Made by a program: the position numbers and the translations under genes. The notes under the pieces were generated by a model. It had not been told where the DNA came from and made no database searches. It saw only the letters and a program-made list of their open reading frames with translations. From contig NC_069004.1 of assembly GCF_001194135.2 (NCBI RefSeq), positions 15,350,178-15,414,177 of the forward strand: 64,000 nt of DNA, written 5' to 3'. The stretch comes from Octopus bimaculoides (Eukaryota). Of this stretch, positions 1-12,525 are shown in pieces; position 1 is the stretch's first letter, and every line of letters begins with the position of its first letter.

Positions 1-245
1 TAACATCTGTTCTCCATGCTGACATGGTTGGACTGCTTGACAGGAGCTGGTCAGCTCAAGGGCTGCCTGAGTTCCATTTGTCTGTTTTTGGCATGGTTTC
101 TACTGCTGTATGCTCTTCCTAATGCCAACCACTTTGCAGAGTGTACTGGGTGCTTATATGTGGCACTGGTATGGATATACCATCATAATTTAACAGCCAG
201 CTTCCATACGGACATGAACTTATCTCCCATGCCAACCAAGTAAAT
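1..245 (-). mobile_element. SINE family A 3' part; further minus copies at 1370-1545, 8272-8408, 21560-21680, 57556-57870
   Basis: CCATGCTG.CATGGGTTGGAC...GGATGCCCTTCCTAATGCCAACCAC block. Confidence 0.75.
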
Positions 246-765
246 CTGTGTGTGTGTGTGTGCGTGCGTGTGTATATATATATATATAAAATAGAACAAG
301 ATCTTTAAGGCTATACAACAGGAATATACATCACATTTCTATACATGAGTGATGTTCACAACATCTACCTCACAAAGAAACCTATACAAAATACTTTCAC
401 AATGCTTCAGTCATTTGATCTATAGCTAGTGGGATGTAACCCAGCAGTAGCAAGTTTTATTTGCCTCCACTAGGGTATCATTTTTATTCATTTCTCTTTT
501 GTGGGCCTTCATTTCGGTGGAAACTAATTTTCTCCATGCAACTTTAGAATCTAGTTAAATAATCCTAAATCATAACATATAAAAAAAATTTTTTCAACTG
601 CAAACATTGCACCCACAGAGTGGTACACATTAAAGGTAAATATGAAACTAATCATCAGAACACATTGTACATTCTCTTATGTTATAAAAACTTAGCTGAG
701 TTAACCTGGTCTAGCTAAAAACTTACAAATATATACTGCAGAAACAATACTATAACAGAACTTAC

Positions 766-861
766 TGGTGCCCCCCGCCATTGTTCTGTGCAGTAGTTGA
801 TGCATGCGTGGACCAAGGGCTCCAAAGAGATGGGATGGTAAGCCACGCGCTTCTAACAATG
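766..861 (-). CDS. TRIP12: TRIP12 exon [32 protein letters not shown] (96 nt, phase 1-1)
   Basis: Acceptor ttgcag| and donor CCA|gtaagt. Near-identical to the conserved TRIP12/UFD4-family '[20 protein letters not shown]' that precedes the ARM repeats. Confidence 0.95.
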
Positions 862-2039
862 CTGCAAATAAAAATAAAGATTCGTAAAAACATGAGAAAT
901 AAAAACAAAAAAAAGAGCTTTTTTCGTTTTTACAGTTCCAAATGATTTTGGATTAACCCAATACAAAAAAAAAAAATGCATGAAAACATTAGAAATACAT
1001 AATGAATCAGTATGTTGATATGAAGTAGCATTGTAAATATACAGCAAAGAGTTAACACAGCTGTGTTAACTAAAAATGATAAATCCCACAGAGGAAAACA
1101 TGTACAACTCAAATACTGCAAGTGGATATTTCACATATTGATTGAAATGATTGGTTATTGAGAGAATATTGTTGAAAAGCAAATAAATAAAACATACAAA
1201 TAAAACAAAACAAAACAAAAAATAAAGTCACTGAAAAGCTAAAGTACAAAATGCCATTGGAACAAAAGAGATGCTAAACGATCACTATTTGCCACCTTTA
1301 ACACACCACAAAATTAAATAATTGCATAAAAGAAATTGAAGCTAAAATGGAAGAATAACTTCAATACATGTTCATCTTTTAATGTCTGTTTTCCATGTTG
1401 GAATGGGTTGGATGGTTTGACAGGAACTGACAAGCCAGATGACTGTGCTGAGCTCCACCTGTAAAGACCATGCCAAAGTTGACAACTGACACCCTTCTTA
1501 ATGCCAACCACTTTACAGAGTGGCAACTAGCACAAGTGAAGTCACCAACTAACTCACAAGACAAAACCCCTCAAGTGAGTGGGTTGAAGGAAGTGAATGT
1601 ATGATAGAAAGGAACAGATGCTTTACTGAAGAGGAGATACATGGCTTGCCCAGCTGGAGAGAGACAGACAGAGATGGTAAGGGCATACCCTCAAGGTACA
1701 GGGTGAATGTGAGAGAGAATAGGGATAGGGGATAGAAAGGGTGAATGGGTAGGTAAATAGCGAGAGTGTGAGAGGTGGTTAGAGCAGGGGATTCAAATGG
1801 ATGCAGTGGATGGAGCACACAGTAGAGGTAAGGTCAATAGTGAATGTCAGGAGAGGAAGTGGACGAAATAGGAGTGGATGAGGGAAGAGGAGGAGTTGAC
1901 AGAGAGACCAATGTGAAGTGTAAGGCAGATAAATGCTATAATTTACAGCACTTGCATTAGTAGTGTTACAGTTGAAAGAGTGATGAAATTGAAGATGAGT
2001 TGTGGGGGAAAGGAGCTCATTTTTGCTGAGATGGACAGG

Positions 2040-3085
2040 TCTTCTCAAGTACAGCACATCCCCAATCATCTTAGTTCTTTTTTTGTCATCTCTATAAGGC
2101 TCAACATCTTGAAGTTGGTCTTAACAACTTCATCCCACATCTTGAGATGCCCTCTTCCACAAGTTCCATCCATCTTTGTCAATCACCACTTCTTTAAGCA
2201 GCTGTTCTCGTCCACCTGCATCCATACCAGTGCAACCTTCTCCCTTGCACACTACATCTGATGCCTCTTATACCCAATTTTTCTCTCAACACATTTACAC
2301 TTTGTTGTACATGCACACTGATGCTACACATCCAGTGGAGTTTCATTTCTTTCACAGCCCTAGTTTCACAAGCATGTAGCATTGTTGTTTGTACATATAA
2401 TCTGCCTTTCACCCTGAAAGAGAGAAACCTTTTGTTACCAACAGAGGTAATAGCACTCTGAACTTTCTCCAGCTGGTTCTTATTCAAGCAACTATACTTT
2501 TATGACATTCCCCTATACTGCTAATTTGGTCTCCAAGGTAATGAAAACTATCTACTACCTCTAAGGATTCTCCTGAGCATTCCAGAAAATCTATTTTTCC
2601 CTCTGCTCATAATGTCTATTGTTCCTGCACATCACAACAAAGTCTATTTTCTGTTAGCCATCCTGTGATTCCACTGCAACTCTTCTGTGCTCTTACTTTG
2701 CACATCAGATGGAATTTCAACTAATGCTTTTTCTATATATACAACAGTCATTCATCTGTTTTCTTACTAGATTTTATGTCTTTGCTAACTTTAAGGCCTT
2801 TTGATTGTAGGTTTTGCTTCCATGCCTAGCATTCCACTAATTCTTCTACAGTTTCAACTACAAGAACAAGGTCATCACCACAAAGGAGTTCCTTTGGGCA
2901 ATTGGTCTTAAACTCCTCTGTTATGGTCAGGAGGACTATGATAAATACAAGAGAAATCATAACCAAACTGTGGTGAATTCCTACTTGCACATTCAATTCT
3001 TCGAAGTATTCATTAACTCTGACTTGAATGGCTTTCACAGGTCATTCATCTACTCCTAGCTTCTGCAGATCAGGAAGTGAGGAAC
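2040..3085 (-). mobile_element. RTE-clade LINE relic (RT C-half and 3' end)
   Basis: ELLCGDDLVLVVETVEELV (the YADD motif decayed), MLHACET, REKLGIRGIRCSVQGRRLHWYG. Confidence 0.8.
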
Positions 3086-4922
3086 CCTGTCAGAGGCTTT
3101 CTATAGGTTGACAAATGCCAAGTAAAGTGGTGTACTTTCGGTTAAATTCTTCCCTTGAAGTTGCCTTAACTTCAATACAATAGATGATTAAATGATAGTC
3201 AGTAGACCTGTAAGATATAGCAGCCAAATTGCCCTCAGGCAATATCCAATCTTGAAAAAAAGGAAAAAAGGAGTTTTCCAAATACACCTCAATAAAACAG
3301 GATAGTCCTGAACGAAATGCTTTTGGTCATACTTCCTCTCAGTCAAAGTTGACTGATGTCAAACAATAAAAACAGAAAGAAAGAAAACCATTTCATTCAG
3401 ACAAAATTCATGTCTCTTTTCTAAAAAGGGATACAAAAACAAACCCATAGGCATTAAATAATTTTCTTTCTTAAAAATCTATTTCAGAATCGAATTTAAC
3501 TATTAAAACAGAAACTATATAGTAACAGGGAAAGGATTTAAAGAGAAGAACAGTTAATGTTTTCAAGTGATTATTCCAAGATCAAGTTCTCAATATTTTA
3601 ACAAAACAATTGACTATCAAGTTATACAACTGATGAAAATAAGCTTGATTTAACAAGTAGAATAACTGCTAACGAATGAGTATTTGGATATATAGAAATC
3701 AAGGGGAAAGAATAGGAGTGCTGAGAGTTTGGCACTTTTAACTTTTCATCGTAATTCAATATTGTTTTTTGAAATCGTATATTGCTTGTTATGTATATTT
3801 TCAAGCAAACCAGGTGATGTATGGTGCTTCAGAATCAACACTGTCAATAATATTTTAACAAACCATTAATTAGTCCCAAAGACTAATTTGAACATTTTCT
3901 CTTACACTTATCAAAAATACTCAGAAAATTATTTGATTTTATTATAGATGACACAACATTGAGTATTTTGGATGCAACTGAAAAGGTAAAAGAAAAAAAA
4001 TAATGTATACAAATACAATGATTAATGTTTTGTCATAAATATCACCAAATTTTTGAGAACTACACAAATCTGAGACAGTACACAGATTTTTTTTAATGTA
4101 CTTTTCTCCCTGCAGCAATCCTTGAGTGAAAACACACTTGATCAATTCTTTGTCCCATTAAAACTAATTAAGAAGTGTTAATTAAGTTTATTAGACAAGC
4201 CGAATCCATGAAAATTGGTCACCACTTTCACTGACTACCCACAAAATATCAGAAAAGCAAAAAAAAAAAAAAAAATTTTTTAAAAGAAATAAAACATGCT
4301 GACATTTTTAAGATTGAAGGTTTGAGCAGTGACTACAATGTTGTGAAAACTGAAGATAAGCAAATTGGTTCAGGATAATCAGTCTTAAGGTAATGACCAC
4401 TGTCACTTCAAAAATCAATTTAAGAAACTGTCTAAATCACTTCATATTTTAATGGTCCTTGGCAGCAATAACACAGGATTAACATGACAACCACCATCAT
4501 TGCTGTTGTTTTAATGGTTGGGTCTTCAACTTGACAGGAAGTTGACAATATTTCACTTCACTCCCCACCCGCTGTGACATTTTTTCTGTATTTTTTTCTC
4601 ACCTCTTCTTTATCAAACAACATTACATTTAAAATTTGATGGAATACATTGCCATAAAACACAAAGTCAGTGTCATTTACTTTTTAATTCATCTGGATTT
4701 CTAGGTAATTGCAGCAACAATAGGCCTATAAGAAATGATTTTTTTAGGCTTTACAACATTAGTTGTAACAGATTCAAGTTTTGTTAACAGATTCAACCAG
4801 TAGGTGTTTTCTGTTAATCCCATAACACAAATAAATTCACTCATAACTTTCTTTTCCATCTGGTTATTATTACATTTTTTCACATGAATTAAATGACCTG
4901 ACTTCCTGACTAAGTGTGTGTA

Positions 4923-4925
<3 letters not shown>

Positions 4926-4976
<51 letters not shown>
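4926..4976. repeat. (GA)n microsatellite; other long SSRs at 247-291, 8975-9010, 9368-9409, 13586-13647, 18277-18339, 26833-26863, 29206-29239, 32087-32185, 42028-42067, 52025-52145, 57506-57555, 59462-59520
   Basis: Directly visible dinucleotide runs. Confidence 0.95.
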
Positions 4977-5636
4977 NNNNNNNNNNNNNNNNNNNNNNNN
5001 NNNNNNNNNNNNNNNNNNNNNNNNNNNNNNNNNNNNNNNNNNNNNNNGGGGGGGGGGGGTTGCATTAGATAAGAAATGAATTGCTCTTAGTTTATATAAA
5101 CATCACCAACAAAAGTTTTATTCCTATTTCCTAATCTAAAATGGTTTTTATGTACATGAAACAATATCTCAGCTTATATTTCAAATCAAAGTCCTCACTT
5201 CTTTAGTCTCATTCCATCTCCCAATATTTTCTCAACAATAATGTTTCCTTTATTAGCAATAATATAAATTCTTAGTTTTCTTCTCTAGCAGCATTGAGGG
5301 GTTTATTGAATGACATTGTATTGGTCCTGTGTTTTAATTGTGTACAAATGCAGGAAAAGTATAATAGCACAGAAGCATTGTTGAGTGTATAAGTCACTGA
5401 TAGGGGACATCATCATGAACAGCCATCTTCCATGTTGACAAAACTTGAACAGTTTGAGAGGATCTGATGAACCCACTCACGTTCAGTAATCCTCATTCAC
5501 ACTAAAGCATAAAAAATTATATTAAATATCTACAGTAAACTGTCATGTTTTTTGACAGGAAACACAAAACCATTATTATTCTGAATATGCTTGTCAGCAA
5601 TAATATTTGGATTAGTAGCAAGGAATATATGTTTAC

Positions 5637-5711
5637 CTTGTAATCTGCCCATATCAGATTCTTCAGATTCACTCTCAGAAGTCATTGCAGTGGCTCCGGC
5701 AGAACTTGATG
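5637..5711 (-). CDS. TRIP12: TRIP12 exon ASSSAGATAMTSESESEESDMGRLQ (75 nt, phase 1-1)
   Basis: Acceptor ttccag| and donor CAAG|gtaaac. Matches the TRIP12 hallmark GESESDDSEMGRLQ. Confidence 0.93.
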
Positions 5712-6445
5712 CTGGAAATAAATATAAACAGTTGCAGCATTGGTATAAAACTCTCCGATGGAGGGGGTGGGGGGAGAATGGTTATAAAATTTTTTTATGC
5801 ATATAAGAATTCTGCTTTGCAACCATGTGATTTTGGATTCAATTCCAGTATGGGACCTTGGGCACATGTTCTGCATAATAAATAGCCACAAGGCAACAAA
5901 TACCATGTGAGTGAAAGTTATCCATCAGCATGTGCATGTGCATTTATACATGCACTCATACACCCACACACGTGTGTGGGTGTATACATATTCATACATG
6001 CAAAAGAGTTCCTTTAGCATTTAAATGATATACAAAATTAAACTTTTCTTTTTTTTTTTATTATCCTACAATCTCAAAGTTATATTTGTTAGTACTAACT
6101 CTGATATTTTGTTTTGAATATCTTGATATAGAAATTCTATATATTTTAGAAAAAAGTCCTTCTCAAAAAGATGAAAGAATATTAGTTGTCCTACAAAAAC
6201 TCCTGCTCAAATTATCTAGTCATACTGATTTCCAAGTGTGTAGGGTGGTCTGAGTAACTGGAAGTATGAACAGCAGGGCAGTAGACAAGCATTTATGGAA
6301 TCACGGAGTCAAGGCAGTCAATGATGGGGGGGAAGGGAGAGGATTGGAAGTGGTTGAAAGTTATGAACAAGTGTTGAGGAGAAACATCAAGCTCAACTGA
6401 CCTCAGTTGTTAGCTAGTTCAAAAGGGACTTTCCAAATCACTTTG

Positions 6446-6950
6446 TGAGTGAGTGAGTGAGTGAGTGCGAGAGTGAGAGTGCATGCGAAAGTGAAAGAGT
6501 GCGTGAGAGTGAAAGAATGCGTGAGAGTGAGTGTGTGAGAGTGCGTGTATGTGTGAGAGAGTGAGAGTGCAAGTGCGTGAGAGTGAGTGAGAGTGAGTAT
6601 GTGAGAGAGTGTGTGTGAGAGAGCATGTCGTGAGAGTGAGAGAGCATGTTGTGAGAGTGAGAGTGCATGTGTGAGTGAGAGAGCGTATGTGTGTGAGTGA
6701 GAGAGCGTATGTGTGAGAGTGAGAGAGCGTATGTGTGAGAGTGAGAGAGCGTATGTGAGAGTGAGAGCGTATGTGTGAGAGTGAGAGAGCGTATGTGTGA
6801 GAGTGAGAGAGCGTATGTGTGAGAGTGAGAGAGCGTATGTGTGAGAGTGAGAGAGCGTATGTGTGAGAGAGTGTGTATGAGTAGGATAGAGTGTGAGAAT
6901 GAATGAGTGTGTGTGTGTGTGTGTGTGTCTGTGTGTGTGTGTGTGTGTGT
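6446..6950. repeat. Complex GA/GT minisatellite (~22-bp GAGAGCGTATGTGTGAGAGTGA units) grading into (TG)n
   Basis: Directly visible tandem units at 6680-6870. Confidence 0.95.
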
Positions 6951-7011
6951 TCGTTCCTCTGAATTTTTGCAGACACTGCTTGAAAAGCGGCTTTTGTTTA
7001 TGTCCAGCAGC

Positions 7012-7240
7012 TTAACTCCTTAGCATTTACACCAACCATATCTAGCCAAAATATTCTACTTGTTTTGTGTTCAAACTGGCCAAATCTAATTTCTAACAAC
7101 TATCATACTATCATCACACTAAAAGTAAACAATCACTTCATTGAAATCTCAAAGCTACAAGATGATGCAGGATTAATTCAAAACAATGTGAATAAATAAG
7201 CATTACGTTTGACAGAGTAATCTGAATGCTTAAGTGTTAA
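7012..7240 (+). mobile_element. TTAA (piggyBac-type) MITE family 1
   Basis: TTAA at both ends, TIR-like CTCCTTAGCATT...AATGCTTAAGTG. Homologous to the copies at 23.6, 54.1, 57.0 and 61.0 kb. Confidence 0.75.
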
Positions 7241-7463
7241 GCCTTGTAAATGAAGTCTTCTTGATCAGTGTTTTCCAACCATTTTTTGCAAGAGACCCCC
7301 ACCCTTGATACCAATTTTACTGGAGTGGACATTCATAACCATTCAATATTCAATTCCTAGCCACTTACAAAGACTAATGACCATTAGTTGCAAATTAAAA
7401 AAAAAAAATTACTACTAAAAAATAATGATATACCTGTACTTGAAAACTGTACTGACTCCTCAC

Positions 7464-7703
7464 CATTTCTNNNNNNNNNNNNNNNNNNNNNNNNNNNNNN
7501 NNNNNNNNNNNNNNNNNNNNNNNNNNNNNNNNNNNNCTGCATTTTCTCCTACAGTGGATCCTCCACTTGAGCCAGTATTTTCTGTATTCTGACCCTGAGA
7601 CATTGGGCTGTTGGCAAGCGGTCTCGACGTCCCTCCAGCACTGCTTCCACTAGTGTGACTGCCTAAGCCTTGCCGTTTTGTTACAGCCGAGGAACGTCGA
7701 CCA
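7464..7703 (-). CDS. TRIP12: TRIP12 exon SGRRSSAVTKRQGLGSHTSG...STVGENA, interrupted by an N gap (7471-7536)
   Basis: Acceptor tttcag|TGGTCG gives a phase-2 entry (AG+T = Ser). Donor AATG|gtgagg at 7463. The frame is open on the sequenced part. Confidence 0.85.
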
Positions 7704-7869
7704 CTGAAATAAGACAGAAAAAAAAACAAATCTTTATTTCCAATAAAACGTTTTCAGATGTTTGAATAACTATTGAAACATTCAATCCTCAGAAAAGGAA
7801 AGGTTAGTATATAAAAAATTAAAAAAAGGCAAACCTGCTATCTTCAATTTAGCTTTTGTGCCTCTCCTC

Positions 7870-8235
7870 ACCTAATGACTGAAAGAGTATGATTGTGAAT
7901 GGAAGGATCTGGAATGGGGCTTCTTTGAAGGGTCTCTGGAATAACGTCAGACAGGAAGCATAAATCAGAAATCGAGATGTCTCTCCATTTTGAGCTGCTA
8001 CTTCTCTGCACTGAGAGGTCACAGCTCCAGTACTACAAACATAGGATTAGAATGCCACAGGGAAGAACTGCAAGACGGTTTCTTCAAGCTGAGCCAACCA
8101 GCTGGGACCCAAGGAGTAGACTAAGAACAAGATGGTTGGAGAATATCTATAGTCTCAGCTGGTCAGGTTTAAGAATTCATTCAGGAAGTGTAATGATGGC
8201 TGCTTTTGATAGGAAACTATGGCGGAGGTAAGTGA
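7870..8235 (+). mobile_element. RTE LINE 3' fragment
   Basis: LLLCTERSQLQYYKHRIRMPQGRTARR...RSRLRTRWLENI. Confidence 0.65.
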
Positions 8236-8965
8236 GGACTGTATTCCCACAACCCTCCCTGGAAGAAGATAAGATATCATTATCATCATTTAATGTCCGT
8301 TTTCCATACTGGCATGGGTTGGACAGCTTGACAGGAATGGCCAAGGCCATCAGGTTCCATAGTCTGTTTTGGCTTGGTTTCTACAGCTGGATGCCCTTCC
8401 TAATGCCATCCTATTTTTATTCTAGCAATTACACTTTCTGTATAACCTCCTCACTGCTAAGTAGGTTACCTAGGTAGCAGAAATTAGTACCCCTGTGTAT
8501 CTATGGTTTTTATGGCTCCCGTACATCTTCCACATAAAAACACTACTTTCTCCATTAATCATCTTACTATTCCACTGCACCTTGTGTGTACATAGCTTGT
8601 ACTGGGTACACCCAATGGAATTTCTGCCTATAACCTTCCCACATATCGAGCAGGGCTATTTACCTGAAGGGTTTTGTCCAATTTCTTGCGTACTAGGACC
8701 TTGGTCTTTGCTAAGTTAACTACCAGAAACTTGGTTTTTGCTAAGTTCCAAGGAGAGGAATGACTGGTAGCACAAAAACAGGATTATATATGCAACTCTG
8801 CTCTCATAATTACAGCAGCTGAATAATACCATAGTTAGAAAAGTGATAGGTGACAGGAAGATGAGAAGGTGAAAGCTTGACAGGCACAGACATGTCTCCT
8901 TTATAAACAGTAGCTGAATGTTTGACATGACCATGATGAAAGAAGCTCAGTGTGTGTGTGTGCAT

Positions 8966-9015
<50 letters not shown>

Positions 9016-9365
9016 TGCAGTGCATAGCTGTATAGCTATTCAGAAAGTTATATATACAAAAGTTGTTAAGCATTTACTTTTTGGTGTCGAAATTTTTAGC
9101 GCACAAACTGAAACCTGGTCTCTGGCACAGAGTTGCAGCAGAACTGTGTTAGTGACCCGGTTTCAGTTGGCGTGGTAAAAATTTTGACCTCACCCTATCA
9201 GACACTCTCTCTTGCAGAGTGAGTGTACTGAGTGCTTTCTTTTCTTGGCACTGGCACCTGTGAGTAACAAGTAACTTGCAAGACAAAAAAGTTCCTTTGA
9301 TTGATTAGCAGTGTAGTGAGAGGGAAATGGCTTTCATGGTAGGTGTTGAGAGGCCAAAGTATGAG

Positions 9366-9412
<47 letters not shown>

Positions 9413-9479
9413 AGAGAAAGACATACAGAAACAGGTGTCTTGCTATAGAGAAGATACATGGCAACTTATTATATAAGAG

Positions 9480-10060
9480 TAGGTGGGAGTAGCTGGAAAG
9501 AGAGATAAAGATGGTGGTGACAAGGTGTCAGAATATATTCCCAAGGTACAAGGTGAGAAGGAGAGAGAATTGGGGCAGAGGGTTCTGCTGAGTGAGTGGG
9601 TAAGTTCACGAAGGGTAGCAGTGAATGTAGTGACTAGAGAAGATGATCAGAAACAGAAGTAGCCTGAGGAGGTGATAAGTGGTAGTACAGAGAGGGCACA
9701 AAGTAGCAGAATAATCAAACTGTAGATAGAAGGAAAATACAGAGATGATGCATTAGAAGTGGATGTAGTGAGTGGGGAAACAAAGTGGAGGAGTGGAGCA
9801 GTTGGTGGCAGATTGCAGAAAGGAGTGAGTGATCAGTGAAAAATAAAGTGGGAACAGATGATACTGAGGAGGGAAGCGTGTCAAAAAAGAAGTGGTTCCA
9901 AGCAAAAGGATGATTGGTAACAAGAACAGGATGAAATATACAATTCTGATCTCATAGAATTACAGCAGCTGAATAGTGCCATAGTTAGAAGCGATGAGTG
10001 AGAGGAAGATGAGAAAGTTTGACAGGAACAGATATGGGTCTGAGGGCAGGGCCCAGTTCA
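9480..10060 (-). repeat. Unclassified purine-skewed interspersed repeat (also 1550-2030, 8735-8895, 34995-35070, 62000-62380)
   Basis: Shared blocks GTGGTTCCAAGCA..GGATGA.TGGTAAC, ACAGGATGA.ATAT.CAATTCTG, GGGTCTGAGGGCAGG and AAGGTACAAGGTGAG recur between copies. Confidence 0.7.
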
Positions 10061-10104
10061 CAATGATTTTGGAACTTCAGTTTTGGTGTGAATTGCCAAT
10101 CATA

Positions 10105-10330
10105 CAGGTCTTTTGTCATATTCTCTATGATGCTCAACATCCTGAGATTAGCCTTCACTACTTTGCCTCATGTCTTCATGGACCTCCTCCTTCCACAGGT
10201 TCCATCCATGTTTAGTGATTGACAACTTTTACACAATTACCCTTTATCAATTGCATCACATGGCCATACAAGCGGTTTTCTCTCTTTCACACAAGATCCC
10301 TCTTCTGTCCACTTTTTCTCTCAACACATT
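10105..10330 (-). mobile_element. RTE LINE 3' fragment
   Basis: Homologous to the RTE 3' ends at 2100-2300 and 62470-62700. Confidence 0.65.
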
Positions 10331-12125
10331 TGTATTCCATCATTCATGCACACAGACACTACACATCAAACAGGACACAATATGCCACCAGGAATCAAAT
10401 TCGAGACCTTACGATCATGGGCCAAATACTTCTAACCACTAAACCACATGCCTTTCAAAAATACACAACTCTAGGGGGTCCCTCTTTAGACCCATTGTCA
10501 ATCAGAGACAGATCAGCATGTTATTTGCTGTTTTCTGGATTAATAATTTCGTCCTTTCAAATGTAACAACATGCACTTCGAAGAAGAAATCCCAAACATG
10601 CCAATCCCATTCTACCACAAGGTCACTTTGGATTGAGCCTAATTACAATGGTTCCAACAGACAAGGCAGTATTAGTTGTTAAAGCCAAAAATAATAGAAA
10701 AGCAAAAATACTGATGCCATCATAGAGATGTTAACACTATGCTTAACAATGATTACACTGAACTACTTTACCTTCCAAAATCTGATTGTGCTACCATCTT
10801 TCAGATATTTTAATATCGGAAGATTCTGTTTATTAACTATAACGCTTCATAATCATTAAATATGAATTCATACATAGGATTTGTAAGAAAATGAATTATA
10901 ATCCAAGTCTTAAAAGATCCATCATGATGCCAGACATGCCTGCATTGCATGATCTCAACTAAAATCTATTCAAAGCAGTACACATTGCACATGTATACAC
11001 AACATCCATAAATCTATACACACACATATATGCATCCATAAACCTATACAGTGAGACAAAGGACAACAATAAAAGCAACTTAAAATGAAAGTGAGGAGCA
11101 CCATATATGGCTCACACTGTGTCTGCTCTCTAATAAAACAAAGCTCTTCTTGTCCAACCACATTGATATATCATAAACACTTTAAAATATAATAACAGAT
11201 TTATGTAAACATTTTCCTTCCTGCTTCATTCAAACAAACAAAATGTATTCAAATCGCTACACTGGGGAGACAGAAATAACAGAGCAAAGTTAATGGGGTT
11301 AACATTTAATTTGTATTGTTTTAGAGAGGTAAAAACAAAAATTAAGTTCTATAGGAGAACTAAAATGTTTAGTATGGATCTAGGCAGTGAGTTTATGAAG
11401 ATGAAACATTAAAACAATGTAGTATAGAGTTAAGTTTAGAGAATAAGACATACAAATATGACATATTTGAGCACAAAGAAATTGGGGACTCAGAGAATGT
11501 TGTGAAGTGTTACCTATCCAGTACATAGTCTTCTATTGGAGGCAATGTTAAATGCATGTGGCCCATCCATCTACATGTGTCAAGTACACTATGGTAGGTG
11601 TGAAACCAACTGTATGATGTAAAATATACATTTATATGAGTATGTTGTATGGGGTAGCTGCTAAAAGCTAAAAATAGTTTCAAGCTCTGAACACAGAACT
11701 CAAGTTTTGTGATGTACTCTTCAATAAGAGTCTGTAATGTCTAGCATTTGAACAGAGTCTACATTGGCCTGGGAGTGTGTCTTGTTCACAAAGGGAAATA
11801 TATAGTTTATGTTACATATAGTTATTTACTGGTTAATTAGATTAATGCATATTCAAAGAGAGAGAGTAATATATCTTCACAATATTCATATATCATATAA
11901 ACTTAACAAAACATTAATGAAGGCAAAAATTAACAAGATTGTATTAAATGTAATGTGTTACTTGATAGACATGAATAAAACAAACAAGTAAATAAAGGAG
12001 AAATAACCATAATTTGAGTTTGCTAAATTGGAAATTTATTCAAGATTTGAACCTTGAAAAATATTAATGATATCTTAGAATGTCTAGACACCAATTCAAT
12101 AAATGTCAAAATAATTTAACCTTCT

Positions 12126-12190
12126 AATATAAAACAGTCCATTACAACAGGAGAAATATAAAACAGTCCATTACAACAGGAGAAATATAG
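12126..12190. repeat. 29-bp perfect tandem duplication
   Basis: ATATAAAACAGTCCATTACAACAGGAGAA twice. Confidence 0.95.
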
Positions 12191-12525
12191 CAACTGCACA
12201 AAACATGAGGAATTCAACTATGAAAAGTGTTATACAATTCAAAATAATTGGAATTCACATAATTTTACAACTGAGAAAACAATGCTCATGTAGGTTAACA
12301 AACATGAGCATTTTCCACAGACGTACAGATGATAAAAAAATAATAATTATAGCTAGTTTATTCCAAAATAAACAAATCAAATCCTTCAGCCTGTTGGATA
12401 ATCAAAACTACAACACAAACAGATATGAAAACGAAAACATAATACAGCAAAGAAATATCTTACATTGCATTTAAGTGAAGAGAGGAACCAGTGTTGAGAA
12501 GAGTTCAAATAAACGGAAAACTCAC

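Noticed and set aside
5048-5058. Poly-G run as G-quadruplex element
   Set aside because: Directly abuts an N gap after (GA)n, so it may be an assembly or sequencing artefact.
6419-6976. 185-aa His/Thr/Leu/Ser-rich ORF
   Set aside because: Translation of the GA/GT minisatellite. The same applies to the HT/CV/YI-repeat ORFs at 8.8-9.5, 18.2-18.5 and 52.0-52.2 kb.
7266-7390. hAT MITE start CAGTGTTTTCCAACC (similar start at ~61007)
   Set aside because: No matching right TIR or TSD could be found.
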